DNA from: Gonapodya sp. JEL0774
Taxonomy: Eukaryota
Direction: 5' to 3'
Length of the DNA: 64,000 bases
NCBI GenBank assembly: GCA_027604505.1
Contig: JADIIX010000031.1
Coordinates: 1-64,000 of the forward strand
Of this stretch, positions 12,071-23,904 are shown one piece after another. The notes beneath the pieces were generated by a model, which was not told the origin of the DNA, did not search any database, and saw only the letters and a program-made list of their open reading frames with translations. The translations under genes were made by a program, and so were the position numbers. The first letter of the stretch is position 1. The number at the start of each line of letters is the position of its first letter.

Positions 12071-12202
12071 TTTGAAGTCGTCCGGCGGACGAAATTACAC
12101 CTCGCTCAATCTCTCTCTTGCACAATCGTGAAGTTGTCCGCCGGACGACTTGACTACTCTTGTCTTTCGTTATCATGCATCAATTCGTCCGGCAGACGAA
12201 GT
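12071..12202. repeat. Continuation of the palindrome array (3 copies) after the Harbinger insertion
   Basis: AAGTCGTCCGGCGGACGAAAT at 12075, AAGTTGTCCGCCGGACGACTT at 12131, AATTCGTCCGGCAGACGAAGT at 12182. Removing the Harbinger restores a complete repeat unit. Confidence 0.92.
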
Positions 12203-12340
12203 CACATCCTCAAGGGATGTACGGAACATGCAATGGCATGTTTGCCGGAGCGTTCAGGAGGAAGGCTGTGGCATTGAATGAGTTACGTGTGTCTTGTTCT
12301 GTTCCAAAATCTAACATGTCTACACCCTGCAGAAACGCCA

Positions 12341-15300
12341 ATGCCACCTAAACGCAAACCTGCACAAGACGGACCTATGCGCCAGAAGCGTCGAGGAGCA
12401 GAAGACGTTACAGACACCGGTGAAACCGCCGACATGGAAGTAGTTGAATCCAATCGTGAGTGATTGTTACATAAAAACAGAATATATTCTAATGTTTTTG
12501 TTTGTAGCCGAGTCGCTTTCTATGCTCATTGAGACGTGGTCCGAGCCTGCTCACCGAGGTATCCAAATCCCAACACGGTTGATTGACACATCGCAGTTCA
12601 AGAACATCCGAGTGGTGTCGAAGAAGCACCCTGTTTACAAAGAGTTGGTGTGAGTATTAGTGTTCGCAATTATATGGAACGAACGATTAACATGCAACCG
12701 TGGATCAGGCGCCGCATGAGGACCAATGGTCCCGAGAAGAATCGTCCTCTTCTGGCAAAATGGAAAAAGAACTATGGGCGTACTGCATTCGCAAATCTTG
12801 GCGAGCTATTCCGGAAAGCAAAGACTGAACTAACGGATCTCGTTGATGGTTTCCATCGGTATGTACTTGTCACATTTTGCGATTAGTCTCGATGTCAATG
12901 TTAGTTTTGCACATGCAGCCAGGAAGGAGCAGTCGAGATAAACGAAGAGGATGGTGACACTTCAAAGTGCCACAACCAATGGATTATAGCCCTCCGGGTA
13001 TGTTTTCTGTTCAACTCACTTACGCGACAAACCTTACGTTCACATCCCTACCTTAGTGGGACACTCCGGCTGACGTGCTTCGCAAGCTTGCCTTCCTCTC
13101 AAACAACTTGGACGGCCACTCCATTGCTATGGATGTATTTGACCAGGTGAAGTATGTGTCGGACGAGATCGATGCATATATTGCGAGGAATCCTGGGACC
13201 AAACGGGACAGCGTTCAGCCTGTCACAATCGCGAAGCTCCTCCCAAACACAGGAGCTGTAGGAGAGAAATGGACAGAAGTCACCACACTTCGAAAACTCA
13301 TGGTGATCGTGAACTTTTTTGATTCAGTACGTTATGCAATCGATGATTTGTTCCGCTCACGTGCTGATTATAGATCATCATCCGATTAGGTCAAAAACAG
13401 GATTTACGACCATTGCCATACTGGTCTACTCAGTTTCATTAACATGCACTTCAACTTTGCCACAAGGGCGCTGAAGACTGAGGAAGATCAGGTACGTGAA
13501 TAATGCAATTGTTTATGAGAGCTCACACCAGGAAATAAGTTGTTTGCTACCAGCACAAATACCTAGACTACCTCCTCAGCCAACCTTCCCGTGTGACGGA
13601 AGCCCAAGCAAGAGCGTGGTTGGAAAACTTTGCGCGCAGGAAAGCCCTTCGTGAGACGTTGGAGAACAGCAAGTTGGTCCTTGCGGAACGTCTTCCGCAG
13701 ATGCAATTCGACCTGCTTTTCAGGGAGATTGAGAACAGTGCGCACCTTTCATTAAATTTTCCTACATAAACCTAACGTACACTTTTCACTTCATAGGGAT
13801 GTATGACGACAATCCTGATGAACTCAGAGCCGCCATAGAATCAGCAAAAAATCCATCGCCATCGAAGGAACCTCCTGCGCAGGAGATCACTGACCTCGAC
13901 AAAGATGTCTCCCCTCCGGCCCGCCCTGATTTTGGTGTCAAAACCGAGACAACAACGGTTTGCGATGAGATGGCGCTTGGAAGTGCTCCAGAAATTGTAC
14001 ATGACACGGACAATGGAGAGGGCAACGAGGGCGTACAGGTGGTGAAATCGGATTATGATGACAATGACGCCGGTGTGGATATGGACATGGATGGGCCCAC
14101 CAAATCCCGCAAGAAAAACACCTCCTCCGTATCGAAGTCAAAACTATCCGGAGATAAGGTTGACAAAGACGAAGACGAAAGCTCGAGGCGAGTCATTTAT
14201 CATATGCTGCCTTCTCACCGTTGATTTCTTAACACCAATTACGTTTCAAGGGCACCACTCCGTATGCCTTTTGAATTGGCCGAGCCCGCACCGACCGTCA
14301 TTCTTCGCCCCCCAATACGTTCAGCTGGTGACAACAGCAAACCTCTACACGCCCACATCAATAGTGCGTCCATGGTTGTGGTTGATCTGGATCGAGTGGG
14401 GTCTGAGGTGAAGCCAACCTTGGACCTTGCAGGAAAACTTGCAGTTGGCACAGGATGGATTGTTTTGGTGAGTCTCATGTTTACAAACAGCTTGTACGAT
14501 CATGAAATATGGTTGGTACCCTTCCAGCACACTTCCAAGTGGATCGCATTATCAGAAGCACAGAAAGTTTTCCTCTCCGAGTTGGAGTACGAGAACCGCA
14601 AAATCTTCTTTGCAGATGACATTGCGACATGGATGGATCACAAAGAGAAGAAGCTCCATTACTTCCTGGTTGCGCAATGCTTTCTGCAAAGCACAACTAG
14701 CTTTAAAGTGGAAGCACCCTTTGTGGGTCAGCTGCCTCCTTCCAAAGGAATGGATGATGCTTTGAGATTGGCGGTGGGTTTTGTGTTTCGTCATTCAGCA
14801 TAGAACTTACTCTCATCTTCATTTTATAGGGCGACCCTGACCTGCAAGTGCCCATAACTACCGCAGCCTACATCATCCACCAGCTTACCAAAAAGGAAAA
14901 GCTCATCATTGACCTCGGTTGTGGAGCGCCAGGATTTGGAGGTGCTGTACTTTTGACCAATCGCAAGTACATTGGGATCAAATCTGTCACTGATGTAGCT
15001 GGATCTGCTTTGAAGTGCCTTACATTGCTTCATCAAACGTTTGTTGAAGAGAAGGGGGCTCTTGCTGCTAAGTAAGTTATAACGGTTTCATTCTATGCAC
15101 TGTTTGTACACCTTGCCATTTAACTTGCAATTTATAGGTACATTGAATACACTACGTTGAAGTCCGTAGACGTGTGGACAGGTAAAGAGAACGTTCTCCA
15201 TCCACGCCTCCAGTTGAGACCACCCACACCTCGTCAGTCGGCAACTCCACTCAAGACTGGTGTCATCGAGACACGTTCTTTGAAGCGTTCACGAGACAAG

Positions 15301-15441
15301 GATGACACTGAGGAGAATGTAGATGAGGGAGCTTCAGACCGCAAGGGGACGAGAGTAGCACGTAGGTCTTCCCGCCTAACGCCTAGAACTCGATGCTTCA
15401 TTGAGAAATACTGCGTCGATGTACAGGCAAAGGATGACTGA
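12341..15441 (+). CDS. Multi-exon cargo gene: N-terminal ParB/Srx-like domain, acidic linker, degenerate beta-class N4C/N6A DNA methyltransferase-like domain
   Basis: Spliced NIRVV..YKELVRRMRTNG..PLLA..LVDGFHRQEGAVEI..LRKLAFLSN (ParB-like). C-terminal NSASMVVVDLDR...DPDLQVPITTAAYIIHQLTKKEKLIIDLGCGAPGFGGAVLLTNRKYIGIK resembles the N6_N4_Mtase C-terminus. About 10 short introns keep the frame open; one needs a GC donor near 14189. Confidence 0.72.
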
Positions 15442-15776
15442 AGCAAATGTAGATGTAGGATTATCAATACATATTCAAACACCATCTTTCACAAACCATA
15501 GAGGGCATAAGATAAGAGGGAGAAGTTCATGTTGGATCTATAGTGTACGTACAGATATGTAAGGAAACATGAAATAACAGGGCTGCCCAGATAAGAAATA
15601 CGTAAGGGGCAAACAAAAATAATTCAAGACAGAATGATTTCGGGGCAGGGTTAAATCAGGATATGGGGGAGGGGGGGTGAAATTTTTGTGACACTCATAT
15701 CACTCCACACAAAGTGTCCGATAGAAAGTTTGTCCGAAAAGAAAAGTGTTTGCTGCACACCGAACAATTTGATCAC

Positions 15777-17573
15777 TCACGCAGCAGCATTGTTGCTTGA
15801 ACCGTGACCTCTTGTGGCTTTCTTCACAAGATACTTCAGCTGACTTTTAGAAGGAGGGCTGGAGCACGTCTCCGCCAAGTGGTTCTTCCCACTACAATTG
15901 AAACATTTGATGAAAAACTCCCCAGGATTCTCAGCATTGTAATTCCTTCTGTTACAACCACCACCAGATCCACCTTGATACCCTCCATGGTATCCACCAT
16001 GATATCTGCCATGGCAATAGAAACCACTTTAAGAGTGATAGCCTCCACAACTGCGCATTGGTCCGCCACCAGGGTGATTGTCACCTTGGTTTCCATTATT
16101 CTGGTTGTTACTGTGGCCACCATTGCCATTCTGCATGTTGTTGAGTGCAGGTGGTTGCAGCATCACCGGAGTCTGCACTGGTGGAGTGAGCACTACTCCA
16201 TCAACAACAGTCACACTCGCAGGTAACAAGAGGCGGGGTGTATCATTCACACGAGCTCTTGCCAACAAAGCATTGCAACACGGCAGCGCATTCCCTTGAT
16301 TGCACACACCAGCAAGCTGAGTTGCGATTATGTTTCCAATAACATGAAACAACACTTCTTGTTGTGCCATTCGTGCAGCCGCTTGTCTCGAGTCTTTGAT
16401 TCACGTCAAGCATACGCCTCAACACAAACAAAGTTGTTACACAGTGTAGTGATAATATCATTGATGGTTGTACACGCTGCAGAGCCATTAGCGTTGATGA
16501 ACTAGTGCTATTTCATATCACAAAACAAGCTGAGAGCATTGTCAGTCATGCTCTTGTTGACAATCAAGTTCACTGCAAAAGCGAACAAGTCTCAGAGGTT
16601 CTGAATCGGCCAATTATGCAAACCAATAATGGAGTACGGTCCCAGCGGTGCAGGCGATGACCTTCGAAAGCGGTGTGAATATGTGCTGGCAATAGCGGTA
16701 AAACTGCTGTTTTGACACGTGCAGTGTTGATCTTGCCACTCTGCAATGCACCAAGACATGCGACAACAATGACGCACATCCCATAAAAGTAGTTGGATCC
16801 TGTCTCATATGGTTTTGCATTAGAATCTTTGCTGAAGCATTCAAGACTGTCATTAGTCCCACTTTCAAGGCCATTGTCAAGACCATCATTCTCAGGCCAA
16901 CCAACATCTCGCAGTATGCCAATAGGAGGTAACGCATAGCTGCTCTCCAACCACACAGTTGCTACTGGCAACATTTGCAACCTTGGAAAAGCAGCAGTTG
17001 GGGGATCAGCAGCTTGTGCCGCTCGCATCTCAACTGCGGGGGGTGGTGCTACCGTCACTGTAGCACCATTATTCACTTGTCTTACTGCCTGGTTGCTTCT
17101 GTTCTGCTCATCACAACTAGCGTTTGTAGGCAATACATTGGTGCAGCGGCGGAAGGCAATACCACCGTAACCGAACCCAAGTTGATGCTGCAAATCAGCA
17201 ATGGCAATCTGCATTGCCCTTATGGTATCTTTTTGGCTACAATTCACGCGTTCTAATCCGGTAATACGTGCTACACCAACAGGTGTGGATGAGCCAGTAG
17301 CACTCATAGTCCTTTGACAGACAAACTGACCGTTCACATTTTCATTGTCCTCTAACTCCATCTCATCTTGAGAGGCGTTTGTGTTTCCTTGCCTAGCACT
17401 GTCGTTAGCTTCAGCTGATTCACAGGCTTGAGAAGCATTCTCTGACCACGAGTGCATTTGCTCACTTCCTCAAAGTCCTTCTCACTCGGACCATACGGGA
17501 CATCACTGTTTCTTCCATTGTTTTCCAATTCAATATCAACAACAGGCGTGTTCTTGTTGGCCTGCTCAGACAT
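15777..17573 (-). pseudogene. Decayed gag-like ORF with CCHC zinc knuckle; probably the 5' part of the Gypsy element at 96-3147
   Basis: N/G-rich region followed by KCFNCSGKNHLAETC (~15870-15910). Same strand as the pol; abuts the Ginger TSD. Confidence 0.7.
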
Positions 17574-17904
17574 TTCGAACGTTGGCGAGTTTTCGCCGAG
17601 TGAGACAAAACCAAGAAAAACTGGTCCAGACCCCTGGAGAAGCAACGCGGAGGAAAAAATGTTGCAGAGAGCAAGAGAAAGCAAAGAAAAGTGTTGATGC
17701 TTGCGCTCTGGTTGACGTGACTTGAGTGGGAGACAGCGGCAAAATCGAAGTTCACAAAAATGATCGTAGAAGAGTTGAAGGCATCCCAAGCAGCCCAGAG
17801 ATTGTTGCGGTTGTTCCCCCACTTGTGGAGAACTGCACGGGATGGATTGAAGGGGTGGGAGTGTATGATGGTGTTCAAGGTGTAGAATATATTCACTATC
17901 TACG

Positions 17905-19960
17905 TGGCTAAACCCTCACACATAGACCCGTTCCATCGCAGTACATGTCCTTCACCAACAAGCCTGTTGATGTGCTCCACAACTCCGTTCTGTGCAGAAG
18001 TGTCTGTAACAGTTTTAAACATTTGCACTCCCTCTTTCTCCAGGCGACCAGCAAATTCTGCGGCCATAAACTTGCTGCCCATGTCCACCCACAGCCTTCA
18101 ACTTCTCCCCAGTCTGCCGTTCAACCCACACATTCCAAGCGTCAAATGCCTTTGCGGCATTCCTTTTTCTGGTGAGTCCATAAGCCCATACTTTGCTTGT
18201 ATAGTCATCCACAATGGTTAACCAGTATCGTGCATTCTCCACAGAAAGAGCATTTGCCTCCCCCAGATCCATATGCATGAGACCAAGAACTTTCGTGGAA
18301 CGAGGACCATCAGAAGTTTTCCAATTCAAGCGCCGGAAAGTTTGTTTCCCTTCCATATAGAGTTGACACGCGACTGCAATGTCGGTTGGTGTCTTGATAT
18401 TCAGGCCACTAACATGACCTTCGCTGATAGTTTTCCAAACCCGCTCAGGCAACTGATGCCCAAACTGTTCATGCTGCAAGAGAGCAGGATGAACTGTTGC
18501 TGAAGTATCCGAGATACTGATGAGTAGACTGTCTGGAGGTTCACTGAGGTGAGTTGGATATCCTTGAACCGCGTACAAATGGGCCCCTGGGATCTGGTTG
18601 ATGAAACAGACATGATTACTGTCCTTTCTGATTTCCAGGCTGTGATCTCTTCCAAAAACTTCGCAACCGCTGTCGGCAAAAGAAGAGTGTGTGATGACCT
18701 TGCTGTGCGACAATGGTGCAAACAGTGAGTTCGTGAATTTCAGAATGCCACTTGGCTTTCCTGTCCGGTCCATGGTAGTAATGTTCATTGTTCCAACATT
18801 CCTCCATCTGGAATTGTCACCCCTGCCTGCTCAATGAGCTTCCTGTCTTCAAAATCATCTGCGACTCAGGACATACTGCAAGTCGCACCGGAGTCCCATA
18901 TCAACTCTGTCTGAGAGCAGGTCTGGTGAGTGGCGTGAGAGTCCATTGCTGAGATGGTAAATACATGAGTGTCCATTTGATTCACAAACCCTCTGTTCTT
19001 CTCCTTGCCTTTCCCTGCACCGCTCTGATCATCCTTTCTGCTGCTGCCGCTGCATCCCCCATTCTTCTTCGAATGATCACACCACAATTGCGGTTCTGCT
19101 GTGGTTTTTTCTTCCTACAATCATGCGCCATGTGACCGTAAGTACCGCACTTGTTGCAGTTGCTGTGGAAGTGTTTCGAAGTTGAGCTCTACGTGCTTGA
19201 GAATGTCTTTCCAACCTTATCCAGTTGACTATCATCCCTCTAAATTTGCTGTTCCGCCTGGACTCACATCATTTGGAACAATTCCCTGGTGAGTGTCCCC
19301 TGTGTAGGTAGCAGTCCCGCCATTTCTAACTTTGAGCGGTACTTTTTAGGTAGACTGCTTTGCCCACATCATACTTCCGCCCCTCCATCTCGCAAAACTG
19401 CCTAGCCATGCCACCCTTGTCCGTGAGGTGGGTGAGGATTGACTCGCCTGGTGGTATATCCCGTTTGTTGAGTTTTACCGCGTAGTTCTATCAAGTGTGT
19501 AACCAGGTTTGGTTGGAATGTCTGGAGAATGGCTGTGTACATGAGTGCAGAAGTGTACTCTCTGGGATCCGAAGGTAAGTGTTTGAGTATCAGAGTCAGC
19601 AGACTCTTGTCTATTGCCACAATAATGAGGACCTGCGCAACCCTTTCCTTAGCCCACCACTCCTCCAGTTGCCGTAGCTGCCATGCAGACACCCGCAGCA
19701 ACACCTCCCTTGCCCTCATCTGCACCAACACTGGTACCGGGGGCCACAGGTGAGCTGACTGGACTAGCCAACAGCTTTGGCACTTCACCCAGTATGTACT
19801 CCAAGATTCCTAGCTGGTTTGCAATGGTGCTGAAGGCCGTTTTCCAGCTATCTAGGTTGCTGCCAAGTATTAACCTTATGCCGACAAACTTGATGTTAGA
19901 ATTGCTGACTGACATTAAAGGTGAGTCTTCCGCAGTTGACTTAGAGTTCAGTTGCACTGT
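17905..19960 (-). pseudogene. Decayed Ty1/Copia gag-protease-integrase, truncated in the integrase
   Basis: GSNLDSWKTAF..LGILEYILGEVPK; CCHC knuckle ~19120-19150; IWDSGATCSMS; LLQHEQFGH; MHMDLG..YWLTIVDDYT; QNGVVEHINR. Confidence 0.92.
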
Positions 19961-20441
19961 AAATGTGTAAGCAGTGTCAAGTGCGCTGGGTCAGAGTTCA
20001 GGGTTCGGACGTACATTTGTCGGACAGAATTTTGCCAGTAGAAATCTTATCTTGTATGTTCTCTCTCTCTCCAATACAATCTAGTTTATCTCGCTTTATA
20101 TAATATCTACTTGCCCTAAAGTACTGCGCACTCAGCCGGTATGTTGGATTGGGCACAAACCACAGTGCTCCATGTCGCCATGTGCTGCGACATCCAACAC
20201 AGTACAGGATAACAAAGCGCACTGCAGTGATTGAGTGGACACTGGTAAGCAATCCAACATTCCAAACTCTTCCAAGAGAGCTGTAATCTTCTTCTCATTA
20301 TTAACAGTGATGGCACTAGTAAGTAAATCCCAGAAGAAATGAGATCCAAGGAAGCCATGTAAAGTGCCTCGAGAGACCTTCCAACGTCCTGCTAACTCAA
20401 CAACAAAATCCTCATTCTGTTAATCTGTCTGAGGCAATCAC

Positions 20442-20990
20442 TCAGCCATCATCAACGTGAGTACCACATGCCATACAGCGATCCAGATTGTCTGGTGCAT
20501 GAACAAAGAGAGCATTATCACAAGGAAGTTGTTTGAAACCCATATCCTTTGAAGTTTTGATAAAGAATTCCAGCCAAAAATTTGCGGCTTGCTTCAAGCC
20601 ATACAAAGATTCTCGAAGTTTGCAAATGAAGCCAGGTTTACTAAAACCATGTGGCTGTTCCTTATATACATTTTCAACCAAATCACCATTCAAAAACACA
20701 TTGCCAATGTCAAACTGTAGAAATGGTCAACCATCCTGTGCTGCCAGTGTCAAAAGAATCTTCCACAACTTGCCATTCATTGTAGCAGCAGAAGTTTGGT
20801 TGTAATCAATTCCATGCTTCTGAGTAAATCCATGGGCACACTGAGGTGCTTTAAACCAAATGTTGTCATTATCTAGGCCCTTCGCTGCAAAGACCCACTT
20901 TCCTGTCAATATTGGTGACCTTTAGGCACGCATTCAATAGGTACAAGAGTCCAAGTACCAAAGTTGTTTAGCTGGTCAAATTCATTCTGC
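20442..20990 (-). pseudogene. Ty1/Copia reverse transcriptase fragment (separate or rearranged copy)
   Basis: KWVFAAK..FKA..AHGFTQKHGIDY; FLNGDLVENVYKEQPHGF..CKLRESLYGLKQA; HVDD. Confidence 0.9.
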
Positions 20991-21333
20991 ATCGATTGAT
21001 TTCAATATTCTTTATGTTCAGAAATAACGGCCTCCTTTTTATGGTTCGGAGTAGGAACCTTGTCTTGAGTCTGCAAAAAGACCCATTCATGATTGTCCGC
21101 AATATTGCAGGTGTTTTCAGAATGCAGACACCTGGTCCAAAAAATTGTGCACACAAAATTACGAGTCCCTAAACTATTCCTGCAATTCCTCCACATCCAG
21201 ACGTCCCCGTCCAAAAATTCAAATGGAATTACAATGGCTGAGCATATCGGAATTGAATCATGTAGGTTTAGTCCGAATCGGACCAGGTACTACTGACTCG
21301 GTCCAAAGGTGGCGGCATTGGCTTTCCCCCAGC

Positions 21334-21510
21334 ATCCAACGCTAATGACGGCGTCTCTGCCGTGCCAACTCAGAATGCATTTACGTCTCCCCCAAAAGGC
21401 ATGGCTACTACAAAAGCTAACCTAACTCCGTAAATGTATGTACCGTGCACGAAACATATTGTGTGTGGAACTGAACACTCTCCACTTGGCAAATCAACAC
21501 GTCTCCCCGC
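21334..21510. repeat. DIRS left ITR
   Basis: ~21352-21510 is the reverse complement of ~28115-28272. The first ~28 nt match the ICR. Confidence 0.93.
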
Positions 21511-22228
21511 CCTGGGCCACTGGACGCTCATCCTGCACTCATGATGTGAGTGCTCTGACACTAATTCCACCTGTGGGCATGTGTCATGGGCGATTCCAGC
21601 CAGGGTACAGACAAGGCATGCCTCTCTACTACCACACCATATACGTCCCTGATTTGACCTGAGTCTTTGCCGAGGGCGCTCCACAGCGCCAGAAACCCAT
21701 CCTCTCTCATCTACAGTTGGAAGATGTTGACAGAACCAGGCGAAGTTCTCCCAAATCAAGGTGAGATGGAGGTCCCCTCCAACCGCCAATTGGGTGAGCA
21801 GGCAGGGACAAAAATCCGGTCAGGTCACAGGGAAGTTCAAGCCTGGCGTTGATGCCCCACAAGACAGACTGTGATGGCCGCTTCGGCGCCAGGTGCCTCT
21901 CTCTGCTCTGCTCTTAGGTCAGACAGATGAGGGTATCCCCTCTTTGCACTCCGTGAGGAGTAGCAATTGACATTTGATACAGACCGGCTGGCAGTTGCTC
22001 GATGACAATGCCAGAATGAGACTGCCTATAAGGCCCACTCTATCTACTTTGGTTGTACTCTACTACGTTGACCTCTGGTCTGGTCTGCCCCATCGATGGC
22101 CCAGCAAAGACTTCGAATGTTGATGACATTACAGGGGAAATTGAACGCTTGCGGCGCAAAGCGCAGCTTGAGAACACTTGAGCAGACCTTGGGGAAGCTC
22201 AGAACTGCGGTCGTTGCGCGCCCAGTCC

Positions 22229-23904
22229 ATGTCCGATCCAGACATGCCGTACAATGAAAGTCTCCAGTCATACCATCAGAAACGTGGTCTAGCTTGTTCA
22301 ACCTCTGCTCAGCTGGGCTCTCAGACATCTGTCTTGAGCACTGATGGCTTAGATGCTCCAAGCCCTAGCACTGGCATCTGTGGACACAAAAACAGCACCG
22401 CTGGTACCTACAACCCAGCGTCAAGACCCACTCCGGAGATACATCACTCAGAGCTTCTACACAGCAAACCCTTCGCAATCGACAACTTGTCTGACGGGGA
22501 CTACTGGACCCCATCTGAAAACGCCTCTTTGAACTCTGAAGATGAGGAGGGGGATCTGAAACGAAAGCGGGGTTCCGCTTCCTCCGACGAGGATGAGCGA
22601 CCCACACGCAAAAAGAAGGCTGAACTGGCATTTGACCGGTTGGTGTTCAGACACGACGGACGATGGGTGGTGGCTATGTGTCCACTCACCCTTCCTCTCA
22701 TCACATGGTCTGCTATCTCCCTTCACAGATTCAAAACTGAAGCACCTCTTGCTGAGGTCAACACATCCGTCCAAACACACCTAATCGACAGAGACAAGGA
22801 AGACAAGGCGGGTCTGAAGCACCTACAGTCAGCATACACCGTGACCCACCAGCACACTCTCTCACGGAAATGCTTCCAGAAGTATGCGTTTGACAGAACC
22901 CTCGGACTCAGGGTGGACTGTTTGCTGACATGCAGAAGGGCAGCTCCGCCTCCTCATCTCAGGGTCGCTCCACTGATTACATTACACAGCTGAAGCGTCA
23001 GCATGAAGACGTCGAGAAGACTCACTCAATGACACTCACCAGTCTGAAGGCACATCTCCTTGTTACCTCACACGTTCAAGACACATATGAGGCTATAGAA
23101 GATGACCTCACACAGCAAGTCCAAGACGCAATAAGCAGTGTCCATGCCATGGACGTGTTTGAGAAGCCGGACCCGATGGAGACTGAAACAGCGGAGGTGA
23201 CAGAGGGTGACACAGGTTTGGACACCCCAGTTCACCCACTCCTGACCATGGTTCACCATCTGGCATATGCCCTACACACATACAAAACAGCCACTCAGGA
23301 ACATCATGAAAAGTTACTTGAAGAAGCTGACATCTCGGTCCTTGCCACACAGCACATGCTGGTGATGAACTCAGACATCACTGTGCAACGAGTGCGGACA
23401 GTCCTCGCACTCGGCACACCTTGCAGAGACCTCAAAGCCCACACCCCTGGGAGGGGCTCCAACCCCATTTGGGCAGGGCGTCGGCCCAAGCTGGCCGATG
23501 GCACCTACCATTACGATGCCCAGCAGGACCTTGTCACAGCTAAGGACGTCCCATCTCTTGTGTTGGCAGGACATGAACTATAGGACGTGCTCACCAGGAT
23601 GCGCAAGTGACGGTCCAAACCCTTTTTCGACAGCGCCACTGGAACTCATGGGCGTGGGAAAAGTACACGGAGCAGGTACAGCAGTTATAACCGCTTCAAA
23701 TCCTATTGCGGCAGAAGCAACAGATCATGTTATGGCAGTTATGGTGGATATGGGTTCCGCAGCAGTTACAAGAAGTACTCACAGGATGACTACAAGGGCA
23801 GGGACTCGCGTGACCGTCGTGACTCCTCTCCCCCAAGATCAGCAGGCAACTCCTCCTCCAGGAGTTTTCGCGGACGCGGCTCCAGTCGGAGCCGCGGGAA
23901 GTAA
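22229..23904 (+). pseudogene. DIRS ORF1 (gag-like), with a frameshift and nonsense codons
   Basis: Overlapping ORFs 22178-22993 and 22930-23583 continue through TAG/TGA to an R/S/G-rich tail (..RSFRGRGSSRSRGK) ending in TAA at 23902-23904. Confidence 0.7.

Larger units (their letters stand above)
4708..15693. mobile_element. Ginger-like DNA transposon (retroviral-type integrase), ~11 kb including the nested Harbinger
   Basis: ~28-bp TIRs: TGTCACAAATATTTCACCCCCCCTCCCC at 4708-4735 and GGGGAGGGGGGGTGAAATTTTTGTGACA ending at 15693. 5-bp TSD CTCAT at 4703-4707 and 15694-15698. Intron-containing rve integrase; no RT and no LTRs. Confidence 0.88.

Noticed and set aside
4708..15693. Polinton/Maverick interpretation (rve integrase plus cysteine protease)
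   Set aside because: No protein-primed polymerase, packaging ATPase or capsid ORF was seen. TIRs are short with TGT ends, the TSD is 5 bp, and the protease is fused to the integrase.
20142..20199. TGTTGGAT...ATCCAACA segment as a solo LTR or MITE
   Set aside because: No TSD and no second copy in the window.
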